From the sequence record NC_042081.1: 64,000 nt of DNA. One strand, given 5' to 3'. The notes under the pieces were generated by a model. The model was not told where the DNA came from and ran no database searches. It saw only the letters and a program-made list of their open reading frames with translations. Positions within the stretch are counted from its first letter, which is position 1; each line of letters starts with the position of its first letter. Positions 42,429 to 51,481 of this stretch are shown piece after piece. A program made the translations under genes and the position numbers.

Positions 42429-43595
42429 TTATTTGAACTCTGTCAATAATCCCAATACCCGTTGGATCTGAGCAGCGTCCGCTGTAAATTTTTCAATATC
42501 TGGAATAATTAAATCAGAAATACTTTCTGGAGTTATATCCAAAAATTCTGATAAATCAAAATTCTTTAGGCTATCTGACACAGTATTTTTCTTTGTAGTA
42601 ACTTTTTCAATTAAGATACTCCATGAAAAATTAGGATATTCATTTTGAAATGTATCGAGATCACCAGTAGCTACATCACCTGGATTACATCTTAACCTAA
42701 TTGCAGAGTTAGTTGGTAGTGTCTTGATATGTTCTTTAACAGTGTAATTAAGTTGCTTAGTATCCATTCCATGGACATTCAAAGTATCGTATCTACGCGC
42801 ACCCTTATTCTCAAGGAATGTAGCAGTCCATTCGCCATTTTCTTTCACCACAACATCAAATAATCCTTTTGGAATTTCATCGTTGTGACTTAATCGATCA
42901 AATCCACCGGCAGCTAAAATGCGTTCATAGATAGACATCTCATGAACATGTCCACCATTGATCATATATTTAGTTAATGCTAAATATTCGTCTGGATCAT
43001 GTGTTGGCTCTTCCACAATACTTGGTAGCTGATGTTTAAATGCCCCATGTAAAATAGTAAAGTCAACTTGAGATATACCTTTCTTATGCATTAAATCTTT
43101 TACTTGATTTAAAGTCTCTGATGTGGATGGATTCCATTTATCAGGGACATAAAGGAAATATGCATCTAGTTTCTCAATATACTCAATATCGAGAATCTTT
43201 GAATAATGCAAATCAACTTTAATATTTGCATTATTTTTTTGTTCTACGAAAAACTGCATTTGCCCACGGTCATGTGATGGGGTCCCTTCAACAATACGGA
43301 TCATTACATTATACATTTCACATTTGTAGAGAAGTATTGTAATAAATCTATCAATTGCGTATGCAGCTGGATCGCCATTGTTTAATTGACGATCAAATAA
43401 ATCCCCTGTAATAATCAACATATCAATATCTTTTAAAATTGTATCAGGGACAGTTTTCCAAAAGTTATTGATGATTAATTCAGTAGGGGTTTGGCGATGC
43501 CCCATATGGACATCGCCTACTGTTAAATATCGAAATATGCCAGGTTTCTTTGTTTTATCAGTCTTCATATTCGTCACCGTAAACACATTCATCAT
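42429..43595 (-). CDS. sbcD: SbcD/Mre11-like metallophosphoesterase nuclease, phiKZ gp65-like
   Basis: GDVHMG, ITGDLFD, GTPSHD (GNHD variant), LHG and GHVH motifs. Confidence 0.9.
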   Translation of the reverse strand: MMNVFTVTNMKTDKTKKPGIFRYLTVGDVHMGHRQTPTELIINNFWKTVPDTILKDIDMLIITGDLFDRQLNNGDPAAYAIDRFITILLYKCEMYNVMIRIVEGTPSHDRGQMQFFVEQKNNANIKVDLHYSKILDIEYIEKLDAYFLYVPDKWNPSTSETLNQVKDLMHKKGISQVDFTILHGAFKHQLPSIVEEPTHDPDEYLALTKYMINGGHVHEMSIYERILAAGGFDRLSHNDEIPKGLFDVVVKENGEWTATFLENKGARRYDTLNVHGMDTKQLNYTVKEHIKTLPTNSAIRLRCNPGDVATGDLDTFQNEYPNFSWSILIEKVTTKKNTVSDSLKNFDLSEFLDITPESISDLIIPDIEKFTADAAQIQRVLGLLTEFK

Positions 43596-44190
43596 TCTCA
43601 GGTGTATCTACTTGCACACCTCCAGATTTAGATGAAGATGTATTCGGTAACTCATATAACGGAGTACCATCAGTATTTTTTAATACCCGACCATATGCTG
43701 CTAAGATTTGGATTAACACTTGTAAAAGTTGTTTTTCCAATGGTTCATTATAAATACACCGCTCTAAGAATTGAGCTGCTTCTTTAGCAAACCCACCACG
43801 TGGATTGCGGTTATGTTCTTTATTATAATAATCCATTACGTTAGAAATGCTAGCAACATTCTCACCAGATGAGATTGCAACACTTGGACGAGGATAAAGT
43901 GCTGGAACTGTAAAAAGCACAACCGCTTCTTTGGTATTGACACTTGCTACGCGTAACGGATTTGATAGCTCACGAACATATTTACGATATTCATCTAATG
44001 CACCAGGTGCCCACGGGCATTCAAGTAATGGTAATATATTCTTTACAAAAACGTCCTCATGAACAATAGGTGTCTCTTTCTGATGAATGCTAACCATGGC
44101 TTGCATTGCATCCATGATCATGTTATCGCTATCTGTAACTCTAGTGTTCGGTTCCGGAGTTGCCATCTTCTTTACCCATAACTTGTTCAA
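43558..44190 (-). CDS. Conserved hypothetical protein, phiKZ gp64-like (start perhaps 44166)
   Basis: 210-aa ORF overlapping its neighbours in the operon. Confidence 0.6.
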   Translation of the reverse strand: MNKLWVKKMATPEPNTRVTDSDNMIMDAMQAMVSIHQKETPIVHEDVFVKNILPLLECPWAPGALDEYRKYVRELSNPLRVASVNTKEAVVLFTVPALYPRPSVAISSGENVASISNVMDYYNKEHNRNPRGGFAKEAAQFLERCIYNEPLEKQLLQVLIQILAAYGRVLKNTDGTPLYELPNTSSSKSGGVQVDTPENDECVYGDEYED

Positions 44191-44698
44191 TCTGTTGTTT
44201 AGTCAGAGTAGTGATGATATTAAAACGAGCTTCTTCTTTGTTTTCCATTAGTTGAGGATTACTATTTAGGTAATCAATCAACGCATCGCAGTTTTCAGTA
44301 GTGAACTTATTAGGCGTTCCAACAGTAGCAAACATATAACCTTTATCACCGCCCTTACGAACAATGACTGATTCCATATGTTCTTTCTGATTAACCCCAT
44401 CTACTTCAGCTAGTGCGAATACTGGTTTAGTATCACCATGGATAGCTCGCATTGCGTCATCAACTTCATGCCGAATACTTTCACCCATATTGCAAAGAAT
44501 ATCTGCAAGAACTCGACTAACGCGAATATTAAATGTTGCAGTTTCTTCAGCTTTAGCTTTTACTAATTGTTGGAAAGCTTCATCTACAACATTAGCATGT
44601 TTCGTTAGATTCCTAACTGTTACTTCTAGCATATGAATTCGTTTTAATAGCATGGAGTTCATAGCTTCGCTTTCATTTTTCTCAACTTCACTAGTCAT
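44141..44698 (-). CDS. Hypothetical protein with a coiled-coil N-terminus, phiKZ gp63-like
   Basis: 185 aa. Confidence 0.6.
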   Translation of the reverse strand: MTSEVEKNESEAMNSMLLKRIHMLEVTVRNLTKHANVVDEAFQQLVKAKAEETATFNIRVSRVLADILCNMGESIRHEVDDAMRAIHGDTKPVFALAEVDGVNQKEHMESVIVRKGGDKGYMFATVGTPNKFTTENCDALIDYLNSNPQLMENKEEARFNIITTLTKQQIEQVMGKEDGNSGTEH

Positions 44699-45136
<438 letters not shown>

Positions 45137-45148
45137 TTAAGTTAAGAT

Positions 45149-45166
45149 GGGAGCCAAATGGCTCCC
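45149..45166. terminator. Terminator hairpin
   Basis: GGGAGCCA-AA-TGGCTCCC. Confidence 0.7.
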
Positions 45167-45202
45167 TTTATATTGCTTGATACATACAGTTAAATACTTA
45201 CA

Positions 45203-45727
45203 TTAACTAGCATATAAATATTTACTTGCAATTAATTCAATGTGGTATACGATGACAGCACCTTCTTTTTTCTTGAGTGTACTTGTTAAAACGATATCGT
45301 GTTCAGTAACACATGCATGTACACTAATGGGTTTGGCAGTAATTTCACTACTTGTCCCTGAAAAATGAGTTGTAGCTACATATAACTGGGTATTATCAAC
45401 TAGCCCATTTGGATCCCTACCAACATGTACAAATGGTGGCCTGCTAGATACATTAGGATGGTCGTCTTTAATAACAAGATGACCATCTTCAGATGGGTAA
45501 GCATAGTCATATCCAGTTACATAGATACGTAGAGCGCCATTCTTAAATGCTTCTTTAAGATAAGAATATTCTTCAAAATTAAAACGAATTGAATCAACCA
45601 CAGCAGTAGTTAATTTAATAATAGGGTGTAGTGGTTTTGATGAGTTATTATTCTTAAGTAATAGCATCGGTATTTTCCTTAACGTAAAAAGCAATATGTG
45701 GATGGTTCCACAATGGGCTCTCATCAC
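45203..45727 (-). CDS. Hypothetical protein (likely start 45667, MLLLK)
   Basis: Beta-rich ORF overlapping the upstream gene's stop. Confidence 0.55.
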   Translation of the reverse strand: MMRAHCGTIHILLFTLRKIPMLLLKNNNSSKPLHPIIKLTTAVVDSIRFNFEEYSYLKEAFKNGALRIYVTGYDYAYPSEDGHLVIKDDHPNVSSRPPFVHVGRDPNGLVDNTQLYVATTHFSGTSSEITAKPISVHACVTEHDIVLTSTLKKKEGAVIVYHIELIASKYLYAS

Positions 45728-45989
45728 AAAAACTATAACTATGTATTTCCTCGCCAGTATCTAATTTAATAGAGACCACTTCACCTTCAATGACTGTGAA
45801 AATAAATTTAGTATCAGGTGAAACATAATCACCAGTTACATAGTCATTATCAGGAAGATACAATAGTCGTGTTTGATTATCGTATTTAAGTTCTATCCCA
45901 TCTGTACTATTAAAGTACATATATCCCGTACCATCTGGACTTTTTTGAAACATCTTTAGTTTATTTGGTACGAGTAGATCAATTGACAT
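45654..45989 (-). CDS. Hypothetical protein
   Basis: 111 aa, SD AGGAG. Confidence 0.6.
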   Translation of the reverse strand: MSIDLLVPNKLKMFQKSPDGTGYMYFNSTDGIELKYDNQTRLLYLPDNDYVTGDYVSPDTKFIFTVIEGEVVSIKLDTGEEIHSYSFCDESPLWNHPHIAFYVKENTDAIT

Positions 45990-46011
45990 AGATCTCTCCT
46001 AAACGATAGAA

Positions 46012-46034
46012 GAGAGCCCCATGTAGGGACTCTC
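46012..46034. terminator. Terminator hairpin
   Basis: GAGAG.CCC-ATGTA-GGG.CTCTC. Confidence 0.6.
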
Positions 46035-46040
46035 ATTTAT

Positions 46041-46652
46041 TTAACCTAGAAGATTACCTACGACTGAAGTTGGATCTTCTTCACCTGCGTCCAGATGCCC
46101 ATCAATAGCATTCCACATACGGATAATGTCAACTTTCTCGTGCAGACTAAGTTTACGATCGCTCTTGATATCTTCGTGATAGTTTTTATAACCGAATTCT
46201 TTCTTATCGGTATACATAACTCCATCCATCACGCGACGATAATCAAACTGTCGTTCACCTACAGCATCACCTTGGATGTTATTATAAGAACCACCATATC
46301 CATCAACTTCATTATTAAGATACATAGTTCTTAGACGCTCATGCGCCATAACCCAACGTTGCATAATCGGACCAGCTGTTTGTAGTTCAGCTAATGTCTC
46401 AAGATACACAATGTTGTTAGACTGCCATAAATTATCTTTCTTTGTGGTTAGATTCCGCAGTGCTTGAACAGCAGCTGATTCACTAATCATACTGTACATA
46501 TTTTGTGCAGTATTGAAAAAGCTAGCAGCAGCAGTTGACATAGTTGAACGCAATGCCTGGCTACGCTCACCCAACCATTGAGTTGTTTGCTGTGTAAGAT
46601 GGCCACCTGCACAGATGTCCAAGAGGTCTACACCATGTGCATCTACAATCAT
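46041..46652 (-). CDS. Conserved core protein, phiKZ gp59-like (reported as import cofactor Imp3)
   Basis: 203 aa, SD GAGGT. Number is from synteny counting, so uncertain. Confidence 0.55.
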   Translation of the reverse strand: MIVDAHGVDLLDICAGGHLTQQTTQWLGERSQALRSTMSTAAASFFNTAQNMYSMISESAAVQALRNLTTKKDNLWQSNNIVYLETLAELQTAGPIMQRWVMAHERLRTMYLNNEVDGYGGSYNNIQGDAVGERQFDYRRVMDGVMYTDKKEFGYKNYHEDIKSDRKLSLHEKVDIIRMWNAIDGHLDAGEEDPTSVVGNLLG

Positions 46653-46721
46653 TATTCACCTCAGATACTGTACTCATATACCCAGCATAGATTAAATTGA
46701 TGTTGCATAATAGATTACCCC

Positions 46722-46904
46722 TTAAAGCTTAGAGATCATTTCGACATATGCATCGACAAACCTACTGTTTACCACTACATCACCATTCCCACGAGTAATA
46801 TATCTCCCAGTTATCATGGCTACCGATCTGGCTTCACGTTCATCTCGTTCAGCTTGTGATAAACATTCCGGGTTACGTCGAATAATTTCACGAATATTAG
46901 ACAT
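46722..46904 (-). CDS. Small early hypothetical protein
   Basis: 60 aa, SD AAGGGG, directly behind an early promoter. Confidence 0.65.
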   Translation of the reverse strand: MSNIREIIRRNPECLSQAERDEREARSVAMITGRYITRGNGDVVVNSRFVDAYVEMISKL

Positions 46905-46935
46905 TGGGTATTCCCCTTATCACTATTGCACCTTA

Positions 46936-46952
46936 GTAATATAAATCTGAAA
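46936..46952 (-). promoter_or_regulatory. Early promoter (TTTCAGATTTATATTAC)
   Basis: Exact TATATTAC core. Confidence 0.75.
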
Positions 46953-47026
46953 TTGAATTCAGTATAACTTCACGGCGCAACTGTCCAATAGGTCCACACC
47001 ATGAGTATCTATAACCATTATACACT

Positions 47027-47452
47027 TCAGTTATTGGCCGTATATGACCAACATAGATTAAACGGATGTTGTATAGGTAGGTTAAATGTGTCTAGTTCCT
47101 GACCGATCCAATTGATAGCTTTTGTAACACCTTCAACAGTTACAGTTAATTCAACATGGATGTCATGTTCAGGTGCAGTCACCACAATAGTGATTGGATC
47201 ATCATGTTTAATACGGAATCCAAACTTAGGATGATGGAATCCCGTATACTCACCTTTAGTATTTTCTAGAATACATTCAAATAGATTAGTTTCTTTATTA
47301 AGTTTAAATGTAACTAGTTTATCTGAATCTTTAAGTAAACCATTATCCCCAAATACATTGAACCGATAATGCTTATGGCAGATACCAAGTGTTTTTGGTA
47401 CATCGTGGGAATTATCGATTTGCTTAGTACATTCATTACATTTACTATTCAT
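47027..47452 (-). CDS. Hypothetical protein
   Basis: 141 aa, SD AAGGA. Confidence 0.6.
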   Translation of the reverse strand: MNSKCNECTKQIDNSHDVPKTLGICHKHYRFNVFGDNGLLKDSDKLVTFKLNKETNLFECILENTKGEYTGFHHPKFGFRIKHDDPITIVVTAPEHDIHVELTVTVEGVTKAINWIGQELDTFNLPIQHPFNLCWSYTANN

Positions 47453-47464
47453 CCTTATTTACCT

Positions 47465-47848
47465 TTAATAAATTTGCTTATCAAAAGAGCAATTAATTGG
47501 GATAGTGATAACTTCATTAGTAACTACATGTTTGCCTGTCTTTTTAAAGAATTGGGCAAATTTTGAAGTAGCTGGAATTACAAAGGTATCATCCCGATCA
47601 TTATTTGACATATTGTACAGAGTAAATTTACCGTCTAAATCAAACCTAATTTGCCATTCAATATCACGTACTTTGAAATCTATACCAAACCTTAAGTGAT
47701 CATCAATTAATTCAGAACCACCGTACTCATAAGCTCCGGTGAAATTCCAATTAATTTCTGCGAATTGGAAAGTTACAGGATGTTCGCCATGTTCATCTTG
47801 TATGTAGTAACCATCATGAGCTTTCCAATAGATGACTAAATCATGCAT
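47465..47848 (-). CDS. Hypothetical protein
   Basis: 127 aa, SD GAGG. Confidence 0.6.
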   Translation of the reverse strand: MHDLVIYWKAHDGYYIQDEHGEHPVTFQFAEINWNFTGAYEYGGSELIDDHLRFGIDFKVRDIEWQIRFDLDGKFTLYNMSNNDRDDTFVIPATSKFAQFFKKTGKHVVTNEVITIPINCSFDKQIY

Positions 47849-47868
47849 GCTACCAGCCTCAAAGAAAT

Positions 47869-47893
47869 AATAGGGGAGTCTAACTCCCCTATT
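47869..47893 (-). terminator. Terminator after the nvRNAP beta' gene
   Basis: AATAGGGGAGT-CTA-ACTCCCCTATT. Confidence 0.8.
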
Positions 47894-47896
47894 AAT

Positions 47897-50800
47897 TTAT
47901 TTTGCTTTTAGCCATTCTTCTAATGGCGGTAAATACTTCTCATGTGCCCAGTTAATAATTGTTTCTACAACAGGACCCTGTAATTCAAGGTTACCTGAGA
48001 TTTCATGTGGTTCATCAATAGATAGAACCCATGTATGTGGTGCAATGCGTTCAGTTGCTTTAGTTAGATACACATCAGGCATTAACGTAAGATTCAATTG
48101 ATCGCCGTCAAAGTCAGCCGTATTGTTCAGTATCAGTCGTTAATTGATACCCGCACCATTACGTGCAGCTCTAGCTTTCACTAGAAGACCAGACTATATC
48201 TTCACCCTTCCTTTCGGAGTGGGGTGTCTCCCATTTCGAGTCACTTGACCCTACATCCTATTTCTAGGACCGGTGCACCTGATACCGTAATAGTCGTTGA
48301 ACCTTCTCCTATTCCTAAATGGAATGTTACGGAGCTTGGCTGCTGATTGGCCCTACCTAATCTTTTTCAAACCTTGGCTTTGTCTTTCGACTCGCAGTGG
48401 TAGATTAGTTTAACAGGATATCCCAGCAATTAGAGAGAACTCACCCCAATGATTACTCACTGGGGGAACTAGACTTGATTAACTTAATAAGGTATTTATC
48501 AAGCACTTCATATTCAATTTTAAATGAAGCCGGATCAAAGACGGACACTACTCCGTTTTGTTCCATTGTTTTTACCCTTATTTAGTTATTCAATTGTCCA
48601 TTAGGCGCTTTCAAGCATAATACTGACATGCTGATAGAATTATCATTAATGTCATCTTTTACTTTGGTAATAAAGAACTGCTGTGTGGATCCACGTTGAA
48701 GCGTTGGCAATATCTTCAGTTAGTTCGTTAGGCTAACCCGCACCATTACGTGCAGCTCTAGCTCTCGCTAGACGTTGAGACTATATCTTCACCTTTGGCT
48801 TTACCCAGTAAGGTGCTTCCCACTTCGAGTCCACTTGGACCCTACGTGCCAATGCACTAGTCGTTGAACTTTATCCATACCTTTCGGGTTAGGATCTTAG
48901 CTGCTGATTGACTCTATTCAGTTATTCTTAAGCATTCATAGAACCTTTCGGAACTATTGTAGCTAACTGACCTAACGAGTTGTTCCAGCAATTCAAGAAG
49001 TTTTGTCGAGTATCATTTCTGATACAAGGAAACCCATATTAAGTTAAGTCGCTACACTAATTGCTTAGGTGGTATGTAGCTTCTCTCTACGCGCTTTGTA
49101 TCTATTGTAATCATCAATGGATTTGTTAACCATTTCTTGGGTTAGGTTAGAAACGTATTCGAATAGCCGTTCCTTATCATCGACCCTACAGATAACAACA
49201 CCGTTGAATAATCTTAGATCTGGTTTCTTTAAAATGTCCTGCACTGACCCTTTAATTAACCCGGTTCTAAGTTGTAACTGCGTTAGGTTTACATATCGTC
49301 CAAAGGTGTTGGTCTTGAAGTCTATGCAATAAACTTCAATTGCATTCTTACGCTTCTGTGGGTGATAATCCCCACTTACTTCGAATACATATTTACCTCT
49401 GAATGGTTTAACTAAATGACCCAATACGACATGTAACCCTTTATTGTGACCAAGCTCTAGGAACTCGGCTACTTCTTTCATCGAGATGAAGTTATTTACT
49501 TCACCAGTCAGAATGTTTGTACATTTAACAGCGAGTGCATGTTTATTGGCACCGGTTATAAATGCATGCTTAACATTACCGCTACGAGTTTCCCACTCTA
49601 GGTTAAGGTAATGATTATTATGCTTAATGGTATCTTTGTGGTTAACGTCCAACTCATTAAAGTTTTCAGGTAACCCATGAAACGCCATGCACACAAAACG
49701 ATGAACATAACGAATCTTTCTAATACTGTCATCATTGTGGATGTTAACGGTAAGGTAAGTACCTTTAGTTGTCTTATTCTCGTGTTGTGAGATTAATTCG
49801 CCTTTAAGGTTCCTAACTTGACCATGATCACTGACTTCGTAATTATTGAAACCAGGTATTTTACGCCATCTTATTTCTTCATTCATAATTCCTCATTAGA
49901 GATTCCTGGTTACCACACCCAGAATCTGTAGCGCTTTAACTTAATAGATTAATTTCGGTGAAAAGTACAACCCATCCCTTTATAAGGGGCTGCTTCTGCA
50001 ATTAGCTCTTTAAATAGATCTGCAATGATTTGGTTATATTGAAGTACATTCTCATATACAAATGAGAATGCTTCACGAGTTGTCATGTTAAACTTTGCTT
50101 TTAGTTTATTGGTTAGATGATACTTTAATAATTGACAACCTACCCCCCAAGGGATATGTAGTTCATCATAATCATGCGGGTCACTAATAGAAGTGATTAC
50201 TGCACGTGCCGTAGCGTTGAGACGAGCACCAAACATGTGACGCCGAGCAAGACCAGGCTTTTGAGCAATTCGTGATTTTGCGTAGATCTCGTAGAACTGG
50301 CCATATAGTCTTAGTCCTCGCATAGTCCTATTCTGAGCTTTAATTGGACTAAGTGGTACAGATGATGCATCAATACTAGCGAAGGTTAAGGTAGCATCAA
50401 TTGCTGCTTCAATTGGTTTATCTAAGTAAGTACCAGATGTGGTTGATTCTGCTACGAAACAGAGTTTAGAAGGAACTGGTAAATATTTAGGGAATAACTT
50501 ATCTTTATTCTGAGCAACGAATTGAGCGAATTCGGATTTATTATTAGAGATAATATTTGCATCTAGTAGGAATTGGAAGATCTCATTGAAATTATCAATG
50601 AAGTGATTTAATCCTCTTTCAAATCCTCGATGCAGTAGCCTATCTACTTTCCTGCGTGTTTCTTTAGAGGCAATGGATTCTACGTCGTATCGATAAGAAG
50701 TATCGGTTAGATATGCTAAGAAATCGAATTCTTTAGTTACTAGATATCCAGTTAGCATAATGATTAAACGTGGGTTAATTAGACTACGTACATGTTTTGG

Positions 50801-51088
50801 TGTACGAACCCACATTGATGGTTCGATAGGGCGGCTAGAAGTATTGACAACTGGAGTATTACAAATATCACAGATTACTCCGAGTTTATGTGCGTCTTCG
50901 ATTGCTCGACAATCACAACTTACGCTACTTTCAATTGCTTCTGAATCTTGGAAATGAGAATAGAAATGCCTATCAAATTCTTCTTTCTCATCTGAGTTAC
51001 TCGTATTGTAATCATTGGCATAAATACGTTTACCCGTAAATTGATCATGTACTTCATCATGATCAACAACTTTGGCATAAAGACCCAT
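47897..51088 (-). CDS. rpoC: Non-virion RNAP beta'-like N-terminal subunit, phiKZ gp55(-56.1)-like; three exons join(51088..49952,48707..48600,48118..47897), 488 aa
   Basis: Splicing restores FHRN|PTLQRG and the catalytic APN|ADFDGDQ. Also an N-terminal Zn ribbon (CDC..CDIC) and RRHMFGARLN.TARAVI. Confidence 0.93.
48119..48599 (-). mobile_element. Group I intron (481 nt) splitting the NADFDGD motif; carries a 37-codon mini-ORF
   Basis: U| and G| boundaries; P/Q/R/S elements AATTGCTGGGA, AATCAGCAGC, GTTCAACGACTA, AAGATATAGTCT; GNRA-capped CCCCAGTGA-GTAA-TCATTGGGG hairpin. Confidence 0.92.
48453..48566 (-). CDS. Intron-internal mini-ORF (37 aa), possible homing-endonuclease remnant
   Basis: SD-like TAAGGGT upstream; MEQNGVVSVFDPASFKIEYEVLDKYLIKLIKSSSPSE*. 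Confidence 0.4.
   Translation of the reverse strand: MEQNGVVSVFDPASFKIEYEVLDKYLIKLIKSSSPSE
48708..49951 (-). mobile_element. Group I intron (1244 nt) carrying an HNH homing endonuclease
   Basis: P/Q/R/S elements lie after the ORF. The 5' arm TTAAGTTAAAGCGCTACA pairs with TGTAGCGACTTAACTTAA after the ORF; GTTTC pairs with exon GAAAU (U.G at the splice site). Confidence 0.93.
49065..49886 (-). CDS. NUMOD4-HNH homing endonuclease, phiKZ gp56-like
   Basis: WRKIPGFNNYEVSDHGQVRN (NUMOD4); VHRFV..F..VNHKD..KHNN..NLEW (HNH); C-terminal NUMOD1-like repeats. Confidence 0.92.
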   Translation of the reverse strand: MNEEIRWRKIPGFNNYEVSDHGQVRNLKGELISQHENKTTKGTYLTVNIHNDDSIRKIRYVHRFVCMAFHGLPENFNELDVNHKDTIKHNNHYLNLEWETRSGNVKHAFITGANKHALAVKCTNILTGEVNNFISMKEVAEFLELGHNKGLHVVLGHLVKPFRGKYVFEVSGDYHPQKRKNAIEVYCIDFKTNTFGRYVNLTQLQLRTGLIKGSVQDILKKPDLRLFNGVVICRVDDKERLFEYVSNLTQEMVNKSIDDYNRYKARREKLHTT

Positions 51089-51123
51089 ACCAAACTCCTA
51101 TTTATCGATTAACAAAAAAAGGA

Positions 51124-51156
51124 GATATAAGCGGCCCCCGAAGGAGCCGCTATATC
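51124..51156 (-). terminator. Terminator closing the chmA transcript and structured RNA
   Basis: GC-rich stem with a UUCG-containing loop on the minus strand, followed by a T-rich run. Confidence 0.75.
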
Positions 51157-51162
51157 AGTTTT

Positions 51163-51460
51163 TACAATGGACCACCAACGGAGCCTGGCCCGATCCTAGC
51201 GTCGTCTACAAAGCTTAACCTCCGCTCTTCTCTGTAGCGCTCTGGCACTAGGACCTTTTACCATCCATTGTAGTTTTGATCACACGTCACCTTTTGAGTA
51301 ACTCCTTTCGGTTAAGTGATCTATCATCCTCGTGTAGTGATAGGTCGACCTAGACTAAGTCCACTAGTCGATTACTTCACGGAACCTACTCCTAACCGTT
51401 ATCACCGAAGTGAAACAGGGTCGCAGTATTAGAATCGGGATGTTACTTATTTAACATCCC
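51163..51460 (-). ncRNA. Candidate highly structured non-coding RNA / chmA 3' UTR element of unknown family
   Basis: No ORF; at least 7 helices, including two perfect 9-bp stems; UUCG and GAAA tetraloops and a G.U pair on the minus strand. Confidence 0.6.
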
Positions 51461-51481
51461 TATCTACCGAGGTATTTCCTA

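Noticed and set aside
51163-51460. Fourth group I intron, tRNA or hammerhead as the identity of the structured RNA
   Set aside because: No P/Q/R/S elements, no cloverleaf with T-loop/CCA, no CUGAUGA/GAAA core, and no interrupted gene.
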